DNA of 44,370 nucleotides from an uncultured Candidatus Saccharibacteria bacterium (GTDB lineage Bacteria > Patescibacteriota > Saccharimonadia > Saccharimonadales > Saccharimonadaceae). Under the pieces are notes generated by a model. It was not told the DNA's origin. It ran no database searches and saw only the letters and a list, made by a program, of their open reading frames with translations. Of the stretch, positions 28,940 to 38,130 are shown in pieces. Each line of letters opens with the position of its first letter. Position 1 is the first letter of the stretch. Position numbers and translations under genes: made by a program. The stretch is from NCBI GenBank assembly GCA_963514965.1, contig CAUPXC010000001.1:1-44370 (forward strand). Reading direction: 5' to 3'.

Positions 28940-29680
28940 TCATCCACGCATCATTGCTACCACTGCAATTCGCCCCGCCGTATCACCAGCTGAATGTGAA
29001 AAATAGTTCGGATCATCTGCGGTGTCAATTGGTGAGATGACAATATTATCAGCCGGAACGCCCGCCTGGATGGCCAGCGAACGATTAAATCCTTGCATGT
29101 CCAGATATATTCCGTCAGCTGTTTGACGGCAGAAATTGTGCCAATTCGTATCATTTGTATGATTAAAATAATCCATACGATAATTTTTCTGCGTGATACT
29201 TGGCGACATCCAAATTCGTAACTCTTTTGCCTGGCTACCACGCTCGACAAAATACCGAATCGCCCTTGTCATCAGCCGCGCAACCGTCGAATGCCGACCC
29301 AAATGTGCCAGCATCAGTGCCCGACGTTTTGGATCATAAATGACGGTGGCGATACAGTCCGCCACTGGCAAAAACAAGCCCACGTCAACCGCTTCGGTAT
29401 AGAGCGCATCAGCAAAAATCCCCTCGTTGTTATGTCGAGTCGTGTCAGCTTCAGTAACGTCAGCGATGGCATCAAACGTTTGTCCTTCATCATATGAAAT
29501 CACATGATAAACAACGTCGTCATAGGTAACGCCAATCTGATCGCAAAACCGCCGCCGATTCTCCAGTACCTCAGTTACGTGGCGACCGCGAATACGGTTG
29601 AGCATAGTGCCATCATCTTTCGACGAAACCGCGACCAACAGGTCAGAGGGAAAGCAGGTGGGCTGATCTGTCGCAATCAC
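28940..29680 (-). CDS. pgeF: YfiH/PgeF (laccase-domain/purine nucleoside phosphorylase) family protein
   Basis: ENRRRF, DALYT, VADC, AHLG, SPSI, YFSH; GTG start overlaps the rsmA stop (GTGA). Confidence 0.82.
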   Translation of the reverse strand: MIATDQPTCFPSDLLVAVSSKDDGTMLNRIRGRHVTEVLENRRRFCDQIGVTYDDVVYHVISYDEGQTFDAIADVTEADTTRHNNEGIFADALYTEAVDVGLFLPVADCIATVIYDPKRRALMLAHLGRHSTVARLMTRAIRYFVERGSQAKELRIWMSPSITQKNYRMDYFNHTNDTNWHNFCRQTADGIYLDMQGFNRSLAIQAGVPADNIVISPIDTADDPNYFSHSAGDTAGRIAVVAMMRG

Positions 29681-30465
29681 CTTGCCCGCCATTCTCTGAG
29701 CAGCCGCTGCCAATCCGCAATCGCCAAATCTTCGGCACGAGCATCAGGTGAAATATCGGCTTTTTTTAGCAACTGTTCAGCGATGTTTTTACTAACACCT
29801 AGTCCACCGCTCAGACTAGAACGCAGTTTCTTACGCTTAGCCGAAAAACCGGCTTTAACGACACGGAAAAAATCTTTTTGGTCTTCAGCGGCGACTAGCG
29901 GTTCATCGCGAGTCTTAAGTACTACTACCTGTGAATCAACTTTTGGCGGCGGCGTGAAAAATTGCCGCAGTACTTCAATATCGAGTTCTGCCTCAGCAAA
30001 TAGCTGCGCGCTAACCGCCAAAATACTCATTTCACCAGGCTCCGCCGCGATACGCTCAGCGACTTCTTTTTGTACCAGTAGCACCGCCAAACGTGGTTTA
30101 TTTTCCGCCGTCATCAACTTTTCAACAATTTTACTGGTGATATAGTATGGCACATTGGCAACTACTTTATAGCCCTTCGGCAGCTGATTCAAATCAAACT
30201 GCAAAATATCTTCATTGATTACTTCCAGGTTTTTACCAGGAAACTGCCCCGGCAATTTGCGCGCCAAATCCACGTCAAATTCTACCGCCACCACGCGCCC
30301 GGCTCGCGCCAATAACCGACTGGTCAAGGTGCCAAGTCCTGGTCCGATTTCCAAAACCACATCATCCTTGCTCAGCTCCGCCGCCTCGGCAATCTCTGCC
30401 AAAATCTCTGGGTCACGCAGCCAATGCTGACCTAATTCTTTTTTCGGTCCGCGAGCTGATGCCAT
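29677..30465 (-). CDS. rsmA: 16S rRNA dimethyladenosine transferase KsgA
   Basis: KKELGQHWL, VLEIGPGLGTLT, VANVPYYIT, QKEVAERI, PPPKVDS. Confidence 0.97.
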   Translation of the reverse strand: MASARGPKKELGQHWLRDPEILAEIAEAAELSKDDVVLEIGPGLGTLTSRLLARAGRVVAVEFDVDLARKLPGQFPGKNLEVINEDILQFDLNQLPKGYKVVANVPYYITSKIVEKLMTAENKPRLAVLLVQKEVAERIAAEPGEMSILAVSAQLFAEAELDIEVLRQFFTPPPKVDSQVVVLKTRDEPLVAAEDQKDFFRVVKAGFSAKRKKLRSSLSGGLGVSKNIAEQLLKKADISPDARAEDLAIADWQRLLREWRAR

Positions 30466-31167
30466 CTAGCGACCGTCTCCGTTCGTCCAGTCGGTCGCCA
30501 GGTCAAATCCATGTGGATGCCGAGCCGCAAAACCGCCAGTGTCATACACTTTACCAGGCCCCATGCTGGTTTCCACCACCGAACAGCGCGGATAATTACC
30601 ATAATTTGCCGCTACTAAAATATAGCCATCTTTATCCACCTTGGCGCCGTCCGCTCGCACCGTGTAGCCACCGCCACCACACGCATTGATGACAACATTC
30701 ATCGGCAGATCATAGTAGGTTTCGCGGTGTGATATGCCCTTGGAGTCGGTAAACTGCTGGGCGCTTTTGGCTTTGGTCAAGGCATTCGGTAGCCTGGCAC
30801 CAACAATCTCTATCTGCGCCACAGGTTGATTGGTAATTTGTTCAGCAACTTTATTTTTCGCAACTTCCGTGCCGTCACCCTTCACCTTCACGCTATGCGT
30901 CACCTGCTTAGAACCGACAGCACCCGCCTGCTGCACCTGTTTGAAACCAACGGCATGGGCGTAGCTTTTTGCTGACTGTACCTCAAACTGAACTGGTTCT
31001 TCGGTGATAACGGTATATTCGTGAATTGCTTCTCTTTCTGTAGCTTGGGCGAATTTTCTCTGGACTGACGATACCGCCAGAACGACAGTCAACGCTGTTG
31101 CAGCCATCAGCCCTGTTATCATCACTGCTACTTTTGGAGTTTTTAGTAAAAACCAATACCGCTTCAT
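30466..31167 (-). CDS. Exported G5-domain protein with C-terminal 3D/DPBB-like (putative lytic transglycosylase) domain
   Basis: N-terminal hydrophobic helix; G5 (VQQAGAVG...QPVAQIEIVG); VAAN...VYDTGG...FDLAT Asp pattern. Confidence 0.7.
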   Translation of the reverse strand: MKRYWFLLKTPKVAVMITGLMAATALTVVLAVSSVQRKFAQATEREAIHEYTVITEEPVQFEVQSAKSYAHAVGFKQVQQAGAVGSKQVTHSVKVKGDGTEVAKNKVAEQITNQPVAQIEIVGARLPNALTKAKSAQQFTDSKGISHRETYYDLPMNVVINACGGGGYTVRADGAKVDKDGYILVAANYGNYPRCSVVETSMGPGKVYDTGGFAARHPHGFDLATDWTNGDGR

Positions 31168-31191
31168 GTATCTCCTACAGATTACCTGATA

Positions 31192-32376
31192 TTACCGGTA
31201 GATGTCTTGTAGACCCATCCTTACCTTACAGCTTGGCCACGGCTGCCAGCCACGAGCTTTGTATGTCTGCCATGCTTTCTCGTCTTGCACTGATGGTGGA
31301 GCGTCAGAAGCTACCGAATAACCACCAAAGCCTCCCCAGGTGCGCTTGTCAAACTGATACGCGCCATAATAACCGTTTCCGGTGTTTGATGTATAACCTC
31401 CTTCACAACTTCTCAACCGTGCCAAGGCCTCAGAAAAACTACCAGAGAAGGTGTTAGCACTCTTGGCGCCCACTAGCTCAACGCGCTTTTTTGGCTCAAC
31501 GGTCGTAACACTGGCGATGATACGGCGTGAAATTTCCTGACCATTTCTCATCTCAATTTCATAGGTAACGTTCTTTTTACCCGGTGCGCCAGCTTCTTTG
31601 ACCTGTTTGAAGCCAGTCTCTCGGTTGGCATCTTTAACCTGCTCAACAGGGACGGCAATTTCTTCCTCAACAGTAACCGTCTGCTTGCCATTACGCCAGA
31701 CACTGAAGTGCATACCAGCAGTGATAGGTGTTGATTCAGGAACAGACATGCCGTCATCTTTACCGAGCGTTATGTTTTTCTCACGCAACAATTCTCCGAC
31801 CGTATGAGCCATCGTCCTGACCTCAGTGGTTTTGCCATAAAGCGTCAGTTGTAATGGTGTAGCTCGGTGAATTTTCAAAATAACATCAGCACCATCCAGT
31901 AAAAAGTCGCTCGGCGGTTCAATGGTTGTCTTATCTTCAGGGTAAATAGTCACACCTGCGGCTTGTGCTATCAACGGTGTCGTCTGCTGGGCGGTCACCA
32001 CACGAACTCGGTGCGTACCATCCGCCACTGTTACTGGTCGCGCACGATAGACGTTGACATTATATTTCGTAGACACCAGCTGGGTATCAAGGCTCGGCTC
32101 AACGACATCATGCTTTTCATCAATCGAGACATCAGCCGCCTTCAAGGCCTCTTTGACCGTCCCGACAGTGGTGACGATGGATCGTTCCTGACCCCGATCA
32201 TGAATAGTTACTACCTTTTCGCCATTTGGAGCAGCTGTTGTTGACTCATTGACCTGTTCTCGGGCCAGAGCATTGTCAACTAACTTCACGCTCGCAATCC
32301 CAAAGATAGCAATCGCTACGACTATCATTATTCGCGCTGTACTGTGGTGAATTTTCAGTCCAAATTTCATACTCAT
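31192..32376 (-). CDS. RpfB-like protein: DUF348 repeats + G5 + Rpf lysozyme-like domain
   Basis: TVKEAL.../TVGELLRE... DUF348 repeats; EAGAPG G5; LRSCEGG...NTGNGYYGAYQFDKRTW...Q...GWQPWPSC Rpf signature. Confidence 0.88.
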   Translation of the reverse strand: MSMKFGLKIHHSTARIMIVVAIAIFGIASVKLVDNALAREQVNESTTAAPNGEKVVTIHDRGQERSIVTTVGTVKEALKAADVSIDEKHDVVEPSLDTQLVSTKYNVNVYRARPVTVADGTHRVRVVTAQQTTPLIAQAAGVTIYPEDKTTIEPPSDFLLDGADVILKIHRATPLQLTLYGKTTEVRTMAHTVGELLREKNITLGKDDGMSVPESTPITAGMHFSVWRNGKQTVTVEEEIAVPVEQVKDANRETGFKQVKEAGAPGKKNVTYEIEMRNGQEISRRIIASVTTVEPKKRVELVGAKSANTFSGSFSEALARLRSCEGGYTSNTGNGYYGAYQFDKRTWGGFGGYSVASDAPPSVQDEKAWQTYKARGWQPWPSCKVRMGLQDIYR

Positions 32377-32395
32377 AGCGAAAAACGCTCTATTG

Positions 32396-32424
32396 ATTAT
32401 AGCAGAACTCGCTCATATTATCAA
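32396..32424 (-). promoter_or_regulatory. Sigma70 promoter of the rpf-3D-rsmA-pgeF operon
   Basis: TTGATA (32424-32419), 17 nt spacer, TGcTATAAT (hexamer 32401-32396). Confidence 0.7.
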
Positions 32425-32428
32425 CTAA

Positions 32429-34534
32429 CTAGCACTTTTCTAATCGAGCAAACTCAACATTCAACTTCTTGGTTTTACCGTTTTCAAAAGCTACTACCAC
32501 TGCTAAACCATCGACTTCTATGACCTCGCCGACGCCAAATTGCGGACTGCGCACCCTATCGCCGACATCCAGACCGATTTCATCACTGTAAAATTCAGCC
32601 TCTGGCACAAAGCTTGACGAAGCAGGTTTGTCCAATCCACCACTCAGAATTCCCATCTCATCCAAAAAGCGCGACGGCAGATTGTACGCTATTTGTCCAA
32701 ATTGCGTCCTGGAGCTAGCACAAGTGATAAATAATTCCTGGCGAGCACGCGTGATACCGACATAGCAAAGCCGCCGTTCTTCTTCAACATCCTCAGACTT
32801 GCCGCCATCAAACACCCGGGAGTGCGGCAATATCCCTTCCTCCAGACCAGTCAGGAACACCACTGGAAATTCCAAACCTTTTGCGGCGTGCAACGTCATC
32901 AGGGTGATTTGCTCTTGCGCTTGATCATCACTAGCAGACACCAACGCCATTTCCTCCAGGAACGTCGGCACGTCAACATAGGCTTTAGCCTCAGCCACCA
33001 GAACGCCCAGGTTTTCCATTTTTTCTTCTGATTGTACGCTGCCGTCATTGATGAAGGTGCCGTAGCCCGTCTGGTCAATAATTTTTTCAATCACGTCAGC
33101 TGGCGCCTCGTCAATCGACTTTTGCAAATCACTGAGCAGCATCCCCAACTCGTGCAGCGAATGCCTAGCACGTGGCGTCAGCCCCTGCGCCTCGTTCACC
33201 GCCAATAACCCATCGATAATAGGCGTCCCTTGCTCATCATTCCACGCCAAAAATTTAGCCACACTCACCGCGCCAATACCTCGTTTCGGCACGTTGACAA
33301 TGCGTGAAAAACTCATCCTATCGCTCGGCTGATAGAGCAGCCGCAGATACGCCAAAACATCTTTGACGACCGCTCGATCCAAAAATCGCAATCCACCCAC
33401 AATTTTGTATGGCAAATAGTTTTGGCGCAGCGCCCGCTCAATTGCGTAACTTTGGGCATTGGTCCGATACAACACAGCGATGTCATCTGGTGAGCGTCCG
33501 ATACTCAATTGACGACGAATCTCATTGGCAATCACCTGAGCTTCTTCGGCTTCAGAGTACAGCTGCCACAGCTGCGGCTCCGCACCATCACCACTGTTGG
33601 TCCATAGATTTTTGTCAGTCCGATTGACGTTATGTTGGATGAGACTATTTGCCAAATGCAAAATTGAGCCAGTCGAACGATAATTTTGCTCCAGTTTGAT
33701 GACTACCGCCCCAGGAAAATCCCGTTCAAAATTGAGGATATTGGTATAGTCAGCGCCACGAAAACTATAGATCGATTGCGCGTCATCACCAACCACTGAC
33801 AGATTGCGCTCTGGTCCGACCAATAATTTAATCAACGTGTACTGCACCGTGTTGGTGTCTTGATACTCGTCGATCAGAATGTGCTGAAATTGCTGCTGCC
33901 ATTTTTGACGAATGTCAGGATGCGTCTTGAACAATTCAACAACCTTCAGTAGTAAGTCATCAAAATCAAGGGCCGCCGCCTGACGAAGTGCCTTCTCGTA
34001 TGCCTGAAATAGCGCAGCGATGCGCTGCTGCACAGGACTTGATGCTGACGCCGCATACGCCTCCGGGTCTATCATGTCATTTTTAGCGTGAGAGATGGCG
34101 AACAATACCGAACGCGGCTTGATGTCACGGTCGGTCATATTGTGCGTTTTCATGATTTGCTTGATCAAGCTCAATTGGTCATCTGTGTCATAAATCACAA
34201 ATCGCTTATCCAGCCCCAAAGCCATCCCATCCATGCGCAAGATACGCACACAGATACTATGAAATGTTCCCATCCATGGCATAAACCGACGGTCGTCTGG
34301 ATTTTCGTGCAGCAACACGGCTAGTCGCTGCCTCATCTCTTTGGCAGCCTTGTTAGTAAACGTTACTGCCAAAATATGGCTTGGCCAAACATTCTTCTGT
34401 GACACCAGGTATGCTATGCGGTGCGTCAACGTCTTCGTTTTGCCACTACCAGCACCAGCCAAAATCAATAATGGCCCAGATTCATGCTTAACTGCCCGGA
34501 GTTGCTCTGGATTCAGTTCCGTCAATATATCCAT
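32429..34534 (-). CDS. pcrA: ATP-dependent DNA helicase PcrA/UvrD; start corrected to MDILTELNPEQ
   Basis: AGAGSGKT, TFTNKAA, DEYQD, VGDDAQSIYSFRGA, HAAKGLEF, EERRLCYVGITRA; C-terminal Tudor-like domain. Confidence 0.96.
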   Translation of the reverse strand: MDILTELNPEQLRAVKHESGPLLILAGAGSGKTKTLTHRIAYLVSQKNVWPSHILAVTFTNKAAKEMRQRLAVLLHENPDDRRFMPWMGTFHSICVRILRMDGMALGLDKRFVIYDTDDQLSLIKQIMKTHNMTDRDIKPRSVLFAISHAKNDMIDPEAYAASASSPVQQRIAALFQAYEKALRQAAALDFDDLLLKVVELFKTHPDIRQKWQQQFQHILIDEYQDTNTVQYTLIKLLVGPERNLSVVGDDAQSIYSFRGADYTNILNFERDFPGAVVIKLEQNYRSTGSILHLANSLIQHNVNRTDKNLWTNSGDGAEPQLWQLYSEAEEAQVIANEIRRQLSIGRSPDDIAVLYRTNAQSYAIERALRQNYLPYKIVGGLRFLDRAVVKDVLAYLRLLYQPSDRMSFSRIVNVPKRGIGAVSVAKFLAWNDEQGTPIIDGLLAVNEAQGLTPRARHSLHELGMLLSDLQKSIDEAPADVIEKIIDQTGYGTFINDGSVQSEEKMENLGVLVAEAKAYVDVPTFLEEMALVSASDDQAQEQITLMTLHAAKGLEFPVVFLTGLEEGILPHSRVFDGGKSEDVEEERRLCYVGITRARQELFITCASSRTQFGQIAYNLPSRFLDEMGILSGGLDKPASSSFVPEAEFYSDEIGLDVGDRVRSPQFGVGEVIEVDGLAVVVAFENGKTKKLNVEFARLEKC

Positions 34535-34538
34535 TGTA

Positions 34539-36074
34539 CTATTGTACCAGCAAGAAGTAATATGCGGCAGCTCCGCCACCCGCACCCAGCAGCAACAAGA
34601 TCAAAATGATAATAAAGCTCATCACTCCAGATGGTTTCTTCTCTTCAATAGGCTGTGGTTGAGCTGCAGCCGCTTCAAACATTGGAGCAGGTTCTGGTGT
34701 TGATGACTCCGCTGGCTCATTTGCGTTCATTGCCACTGCTGCCTGTTGATCAAACGTTGGCGTTGGTTGAGAAGCGCTGTCGCTCGCTAACTCCGCCGCA
34801 GGCTGGTCATTTTCCACAGCGCCCTCTTCAGGCATTTCCGCCTCAGCAGCGCTAGATTCATTGGTTAATGAGTCTAGCTCAGCAACCGTAGCGGCCACCT
34901 CTGGCGTTTGCTCTTCTTCAGAGGCGTCAGCATCGCCGTCGGCCAATTCGCTCTTGATCCCCATCTCCAGAGCCATGAGCTCTCGATCGAGGTCAGAATT
35001 CATGCCAACTGACTCTTCAGCTGCTACCTCTGAGCTTGGCTCAAGGCTCAGCCGTGGTTTACCGCCAAGATCATTTTTCTCTGGCGCTGGCTGTGTATCA
35101 TCCGTCGCTTCAGCGCCCATCAAATCTGGGCTGACCATGGAGACTTCGCTATTCTCATCAGAAGCATTACCGGCACCATATGAGCCCAATGGACGCTTTT
35201 CGATAGTCGCGCTAGCGTTGCTCACAAACGGCGAAACCAATGATGACGAGGCTGGCTGTCCTGCTGCTGTTTCGCCAAAGCTTGATGTATCTGCTGACTG
35301 CTCAGTTGATGACAATGACTGAGAAATAGCATTTGCCAGGTCTGTGGTATCTAAAGTCGGTGCTGCCGTCTCAGCTGGCGTGCTACTTGATTCTGATTCA
35401 TGATTACCAGACATATCCATGCGCGGCGTTCGCACTGGGTTGACCATTGGATCAGCCACCACCGTGTTGGTGCGAACTGCCGACGCTGGGCGCGTGCTCA
35501 TGGCAGCTGTACTCACTGACGACGGTGCTACCACGTCCATGACGCGACCAGTGTGCCGTGGAGTAACCGGTGGGGCAAACACTGACTTTTCTGCCTTATC
35601 TTCAACCTCGGGCGCTGGAGCTTCATCAGCAACCTGATCCGCAACGACTGGCTCTGATTGAACTGGTTCTTCTACCGTAGGTTCTGGCTGAGCATCGGTA
35701 GCTTCAGGACTGTCAGTAGCCCCTGGCTCAGAGCTGGCCTCAGGTTTTGCTTCAGGCGCAATGAAAACGTGACCAAATGTTGACGCTGGCGCCGTCGGTT
35801 CTTTAGCTGGCGCTGGCTCTTTGGGCTCATTACTCTCAGATATAGGCTTAATCTCAGTTTTCTCAACCTCAGTCACAGAAGCAGGAGTAGGAGTAGTTGT
35901 CTGAGTCTCAGACACAGAAGTCGTCTCAGGTTTTTTATCATCAGCCACGGCAGCTATTTCGGTCTTTTTGTCATCAGTCGCTGGACTATCTGAAGCACGG
36001 TCGCTGTCCTGCTGGCGCTGATTCATCAGTGAATTCACCGCCCTGTCCAGTTCCTCAAAGTCAATATCTGTCAT
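34539..36074 (-). CDS. Acidic low-complexity protein with C-terminal transmembrane anchor (~511 aa)
   Basis: Start MTDIDFEELDRAVNSLM overlaps the tpiA stop (ATGA) with GGAGG SD; E/P/A/S/T/D-rich body; C-terminal FIIILILLLLGAGGGAAAYYFLL. Confidence 0.85.
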   Translation of the reverse strand: MTDIDFEELDRAVNSLMNQRQQDSDRASDSPATDDKKTEIAAVADDKKPETTSVSETQTTTPTPASVTEVEKTEIKPISESNEPKEPAPAKEPTAPASTFGHVFIAPEAKPEASSEPGATDSPEATDAQPEPTVEEPVQSEPVVADQVADEAPAPEVEDKAEKSVFAPPVTPRHTGRVMDVVAPSSVSTAAMSTRPASAVRTNTVVADPMVNPVRTPRMDMSGNHESESSSTPAETAAPTLDTTDLANAISQSLSSTEQSADTSSFGETAAGQPASSSLVSPFVSNASATIEKRPLGSYGAGNASDENSEVSMVSPDLMGAEATDDTQPAPEKNDLGGKPRLSLEPSSEVAAEESVGMNSDLDRELMALEMGIKSELADGDADASEEEQTPEVAATVAELDSLTNESSAAEAEMPEEGAVENDQPAAELASDSASQPTPTFDQQAAVAMNANEPAESSTPEPAPMFEAAAAQPQPIEEKKPSGVMSFIIILILLLLGAGGGAAAYYFLLVQ

Positions 36075-36844
36075 TTCCCCTCCCAATTGCTGTTATGTGC
36101 TTTTTCTATAATATCGATAAATTGATAGGCGTCCAAACTAGCACCACCAATCAACAAACCATCGATTCCATCAATACGCAAATAATCACTTGCCTTTTCA
36201 ACTGTTATACTGCCGCCATACAAGATTCTCACCTCAGTTGAAGCTTTTTTACCAAACAATTGTTGTATCTGGCGACGAATGGTTTTAATGGCTCGCCGCA
36301 CATCAGCTGGATTGGCACTTTCTCCAGTACCAATTGCCCAAACTGGCTCATAGGCGATCACGATGCGGTCAAACTCATCAGCTGTCACATTTGCCAAACC
36401 GCTCAGCAGCTGATCGTGCAGTGCATCAGCCGTTTCGCCAAGGGTTTTTTCTTGTAGCGTTTCGCCAATACACAGGATTGGTTGCAAATGATTACGCAGC
36501 GCGGCTTGAACTTTCAATCTGATGTCGCGGTCACGCTCCTGGAAAACATAGCGCCGCTCCGAATGTCCAACAATGACGTAGTCAACCAGCCCGCGCAGAT
36601 GAGCCGCTGGCACTTCGCCAGTGTAATTACCATAGTCACGCCAATAGCAGTTCTGAGCTGCCAGCTTGATGAGTCGGCGATTCACTTGCAGACTCAGACT
36701 CTGAAGCGTCAAAATCGTTGGCGCTACCACTGTTTCTACATCACGATGCGACGAAATCATCTTCATCAGCTTATGCAGATAAAGACTCGCTTCTTGCATA
36801 GTTAGGTGCATTTTCCAGTTGCCAACGATTAACTTTTTGCCCAT
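36071..36844 (-). CDS. tpiA: Triosephosphate isomerase
   Basis: GNWKM, GHSERR, AYEPVWAIGTG, YGGS, GLLIGGASL. Confidence 0.97.
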   Translation of the reverse strand: MGKKLIVGNWKMHLTMQEASLYLHKLMKMISSHRDVETVVAPTILTLQSLSLQVNRRLIKLAAQNCYWRDYGNYTGEVPAAHLRGLVDYVIVGHSERRYVFQERDRDIRLKVQAALRNHLQPILCIGETLQEKTLGETADALHDQLLSGLANVTADEFDRIVIAYEPVWAIGTGESANPADVRRAIKTIRRQIQQLFGKKASTEVRILYGGSITVEKASDYLRIDGIDGLLIGGASLDAYQFIDIIEKAHNSNWEGK

Positions 36845-36862
36845 ATATTCCCCTTATGCTTT

Positions 36863-38104
36863 TTAGTGTACCACTCCAAGCCCATATGCGTCTAGTAAAC
36901 TCTCAATTCCTGGCAGTTTTTTTCCAGCCATCAACGCCAAACTAGCCCCGCCACCTGTGGAAACATGACTAAACGCTGCGCCGTCATGACCATCCCATTT
37001 CAATACAAAATCAGCCGTATCACCACCGCCGACTACTGAAAGCGCCTGCTTGTTTTGGGCAATCGCTAAACTGAGACGAGCAGAACCAATGGCAAAGGTT
37101 GATTTCTCAGCTAAGCCAACTGGGCCATTCCAGATGATCGTTCCCGCGTGTGCTAGCACTGCAGTATAGCGTTCAATGGTTTGCATACCTATGTCGAGCG
37201 CCATGTCAGTGGCGCCAACATGGGCCACGCTGACTTCACGCCGCTCTTGGCTATCAGGATATTCAGCCACCGCAACATCGGTTGGCAGCAACAGAAACTC
37301 ATCCACATGTTCACGACCAACTTTTTGCTCCACCGCTTGATAAATCTGATGGATGACATCGTGCTGACCTGGCTCAACGCGGCTCTTGCCCAGGCTCAAT
37401 CCTTTATACTCCAAAAAGGTGTTTGCCATGGCACCGCCGATCAAGATCTGGTCAGCCTTGTTGATAAACTCATGAATCATACCAATTTTGTCAGACACTT
37501 TGGCACCACCGACGATGGCAACTAGTGGTCGTTTAGGCTTAAGCATAGCGTGAGTGATGGCGTTATATTCAGCACAAACTAAATCACCCGCTAGCCCAGG
37601 CACATACATGGTAATTTCATGTGTACTGGCGTGTTTTCGGTGCACCACCGCAAAGCCGTCTTGTACAAAATAATCAGCCTGGCTGGCCCGAGCAATTGAG
37701 CGCGCAAACTGCGTGTCGTCCGCCTCTTCTTCAGGATAAAACCGTAAATTTTCTAACAAAATGATTGCACCAGAAGATCGCCGCACTGTTTGACGAACTT
37801 TATCGCCGACACAATCATCAACAAATTTCACTGGATACTGCAACAGTTCTGACAAGCGCACCGCAACCGGTGCTAGACTGTATTTTTCGTCTCGGCCTTG
37901 CGGACGGCCCAAGTGACTGATCAGCACAATCTTACAATGCTGCGACAACAGATATCTTAACGTGGGCAAACTGGCACGAATTCGTAGATCATCAGAAATC
38001 TCACCATTTTCGAGCAACGGCACATTATAGTCAACCCGCACCAACACTGTTTTATGGCGCAAGTCAACGTCATGAATTGTCTGTTTGAAAAATCGTTTGC
38101 CCAC
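36863..38104 (-). CDS. pgk: Phosphoglycerate kinase
   Basis: RVDYNVP, SHLGRP, LENLRF, GGAKVSDK, WNGPVG, GGGDT, STGGGASL. Confidence 0.97.
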   Translation of the reverse strand: MGKRFFKQTIHDVDLRHKTVLVRVDYNVPLLENGEISDDLRIRASLPTLRYLLSQHCKIVLISHLGRPQGRDEKYSLAPVAVRLSELLQYPVKFVDDCVGDKVRQTVRRSSGAIILLENLRFYPEEEADDTQFARSIARASQADYFVQDGFAVVHRKHASTHEITMYVPGLAGDLVCAEYNAITHAMLKPKRPLVAIVGGAKVSDKIGMIHEFINKADQILIGGAMANTFLEYKGLSLGKSRVEPGQHDVIHQIYQAVEQKVGREHVDEFLLLPTDVAVAEYPDSQERREVSVAHVGATDMALDIGMQTIERYTAVLAHAGTIIWNGPVGLAEKSTFAIGSARLSLAIAQNKQALSVVGGGDTADFVLKWDGHDGAAFSHVSTGGGASLALMAGKKLPGIESLLDAYGLGVVH

Positions 38105-38130
38105 CCTTTGATATCCTATATACTAATCAT

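Noticed and set aside
32377..32395. Tiny AGCG-TTTTT-CGCT hairpin just before the rpf-like start
   Set aside because: Only 4 bp; too weak to call regulatory without conservation data.
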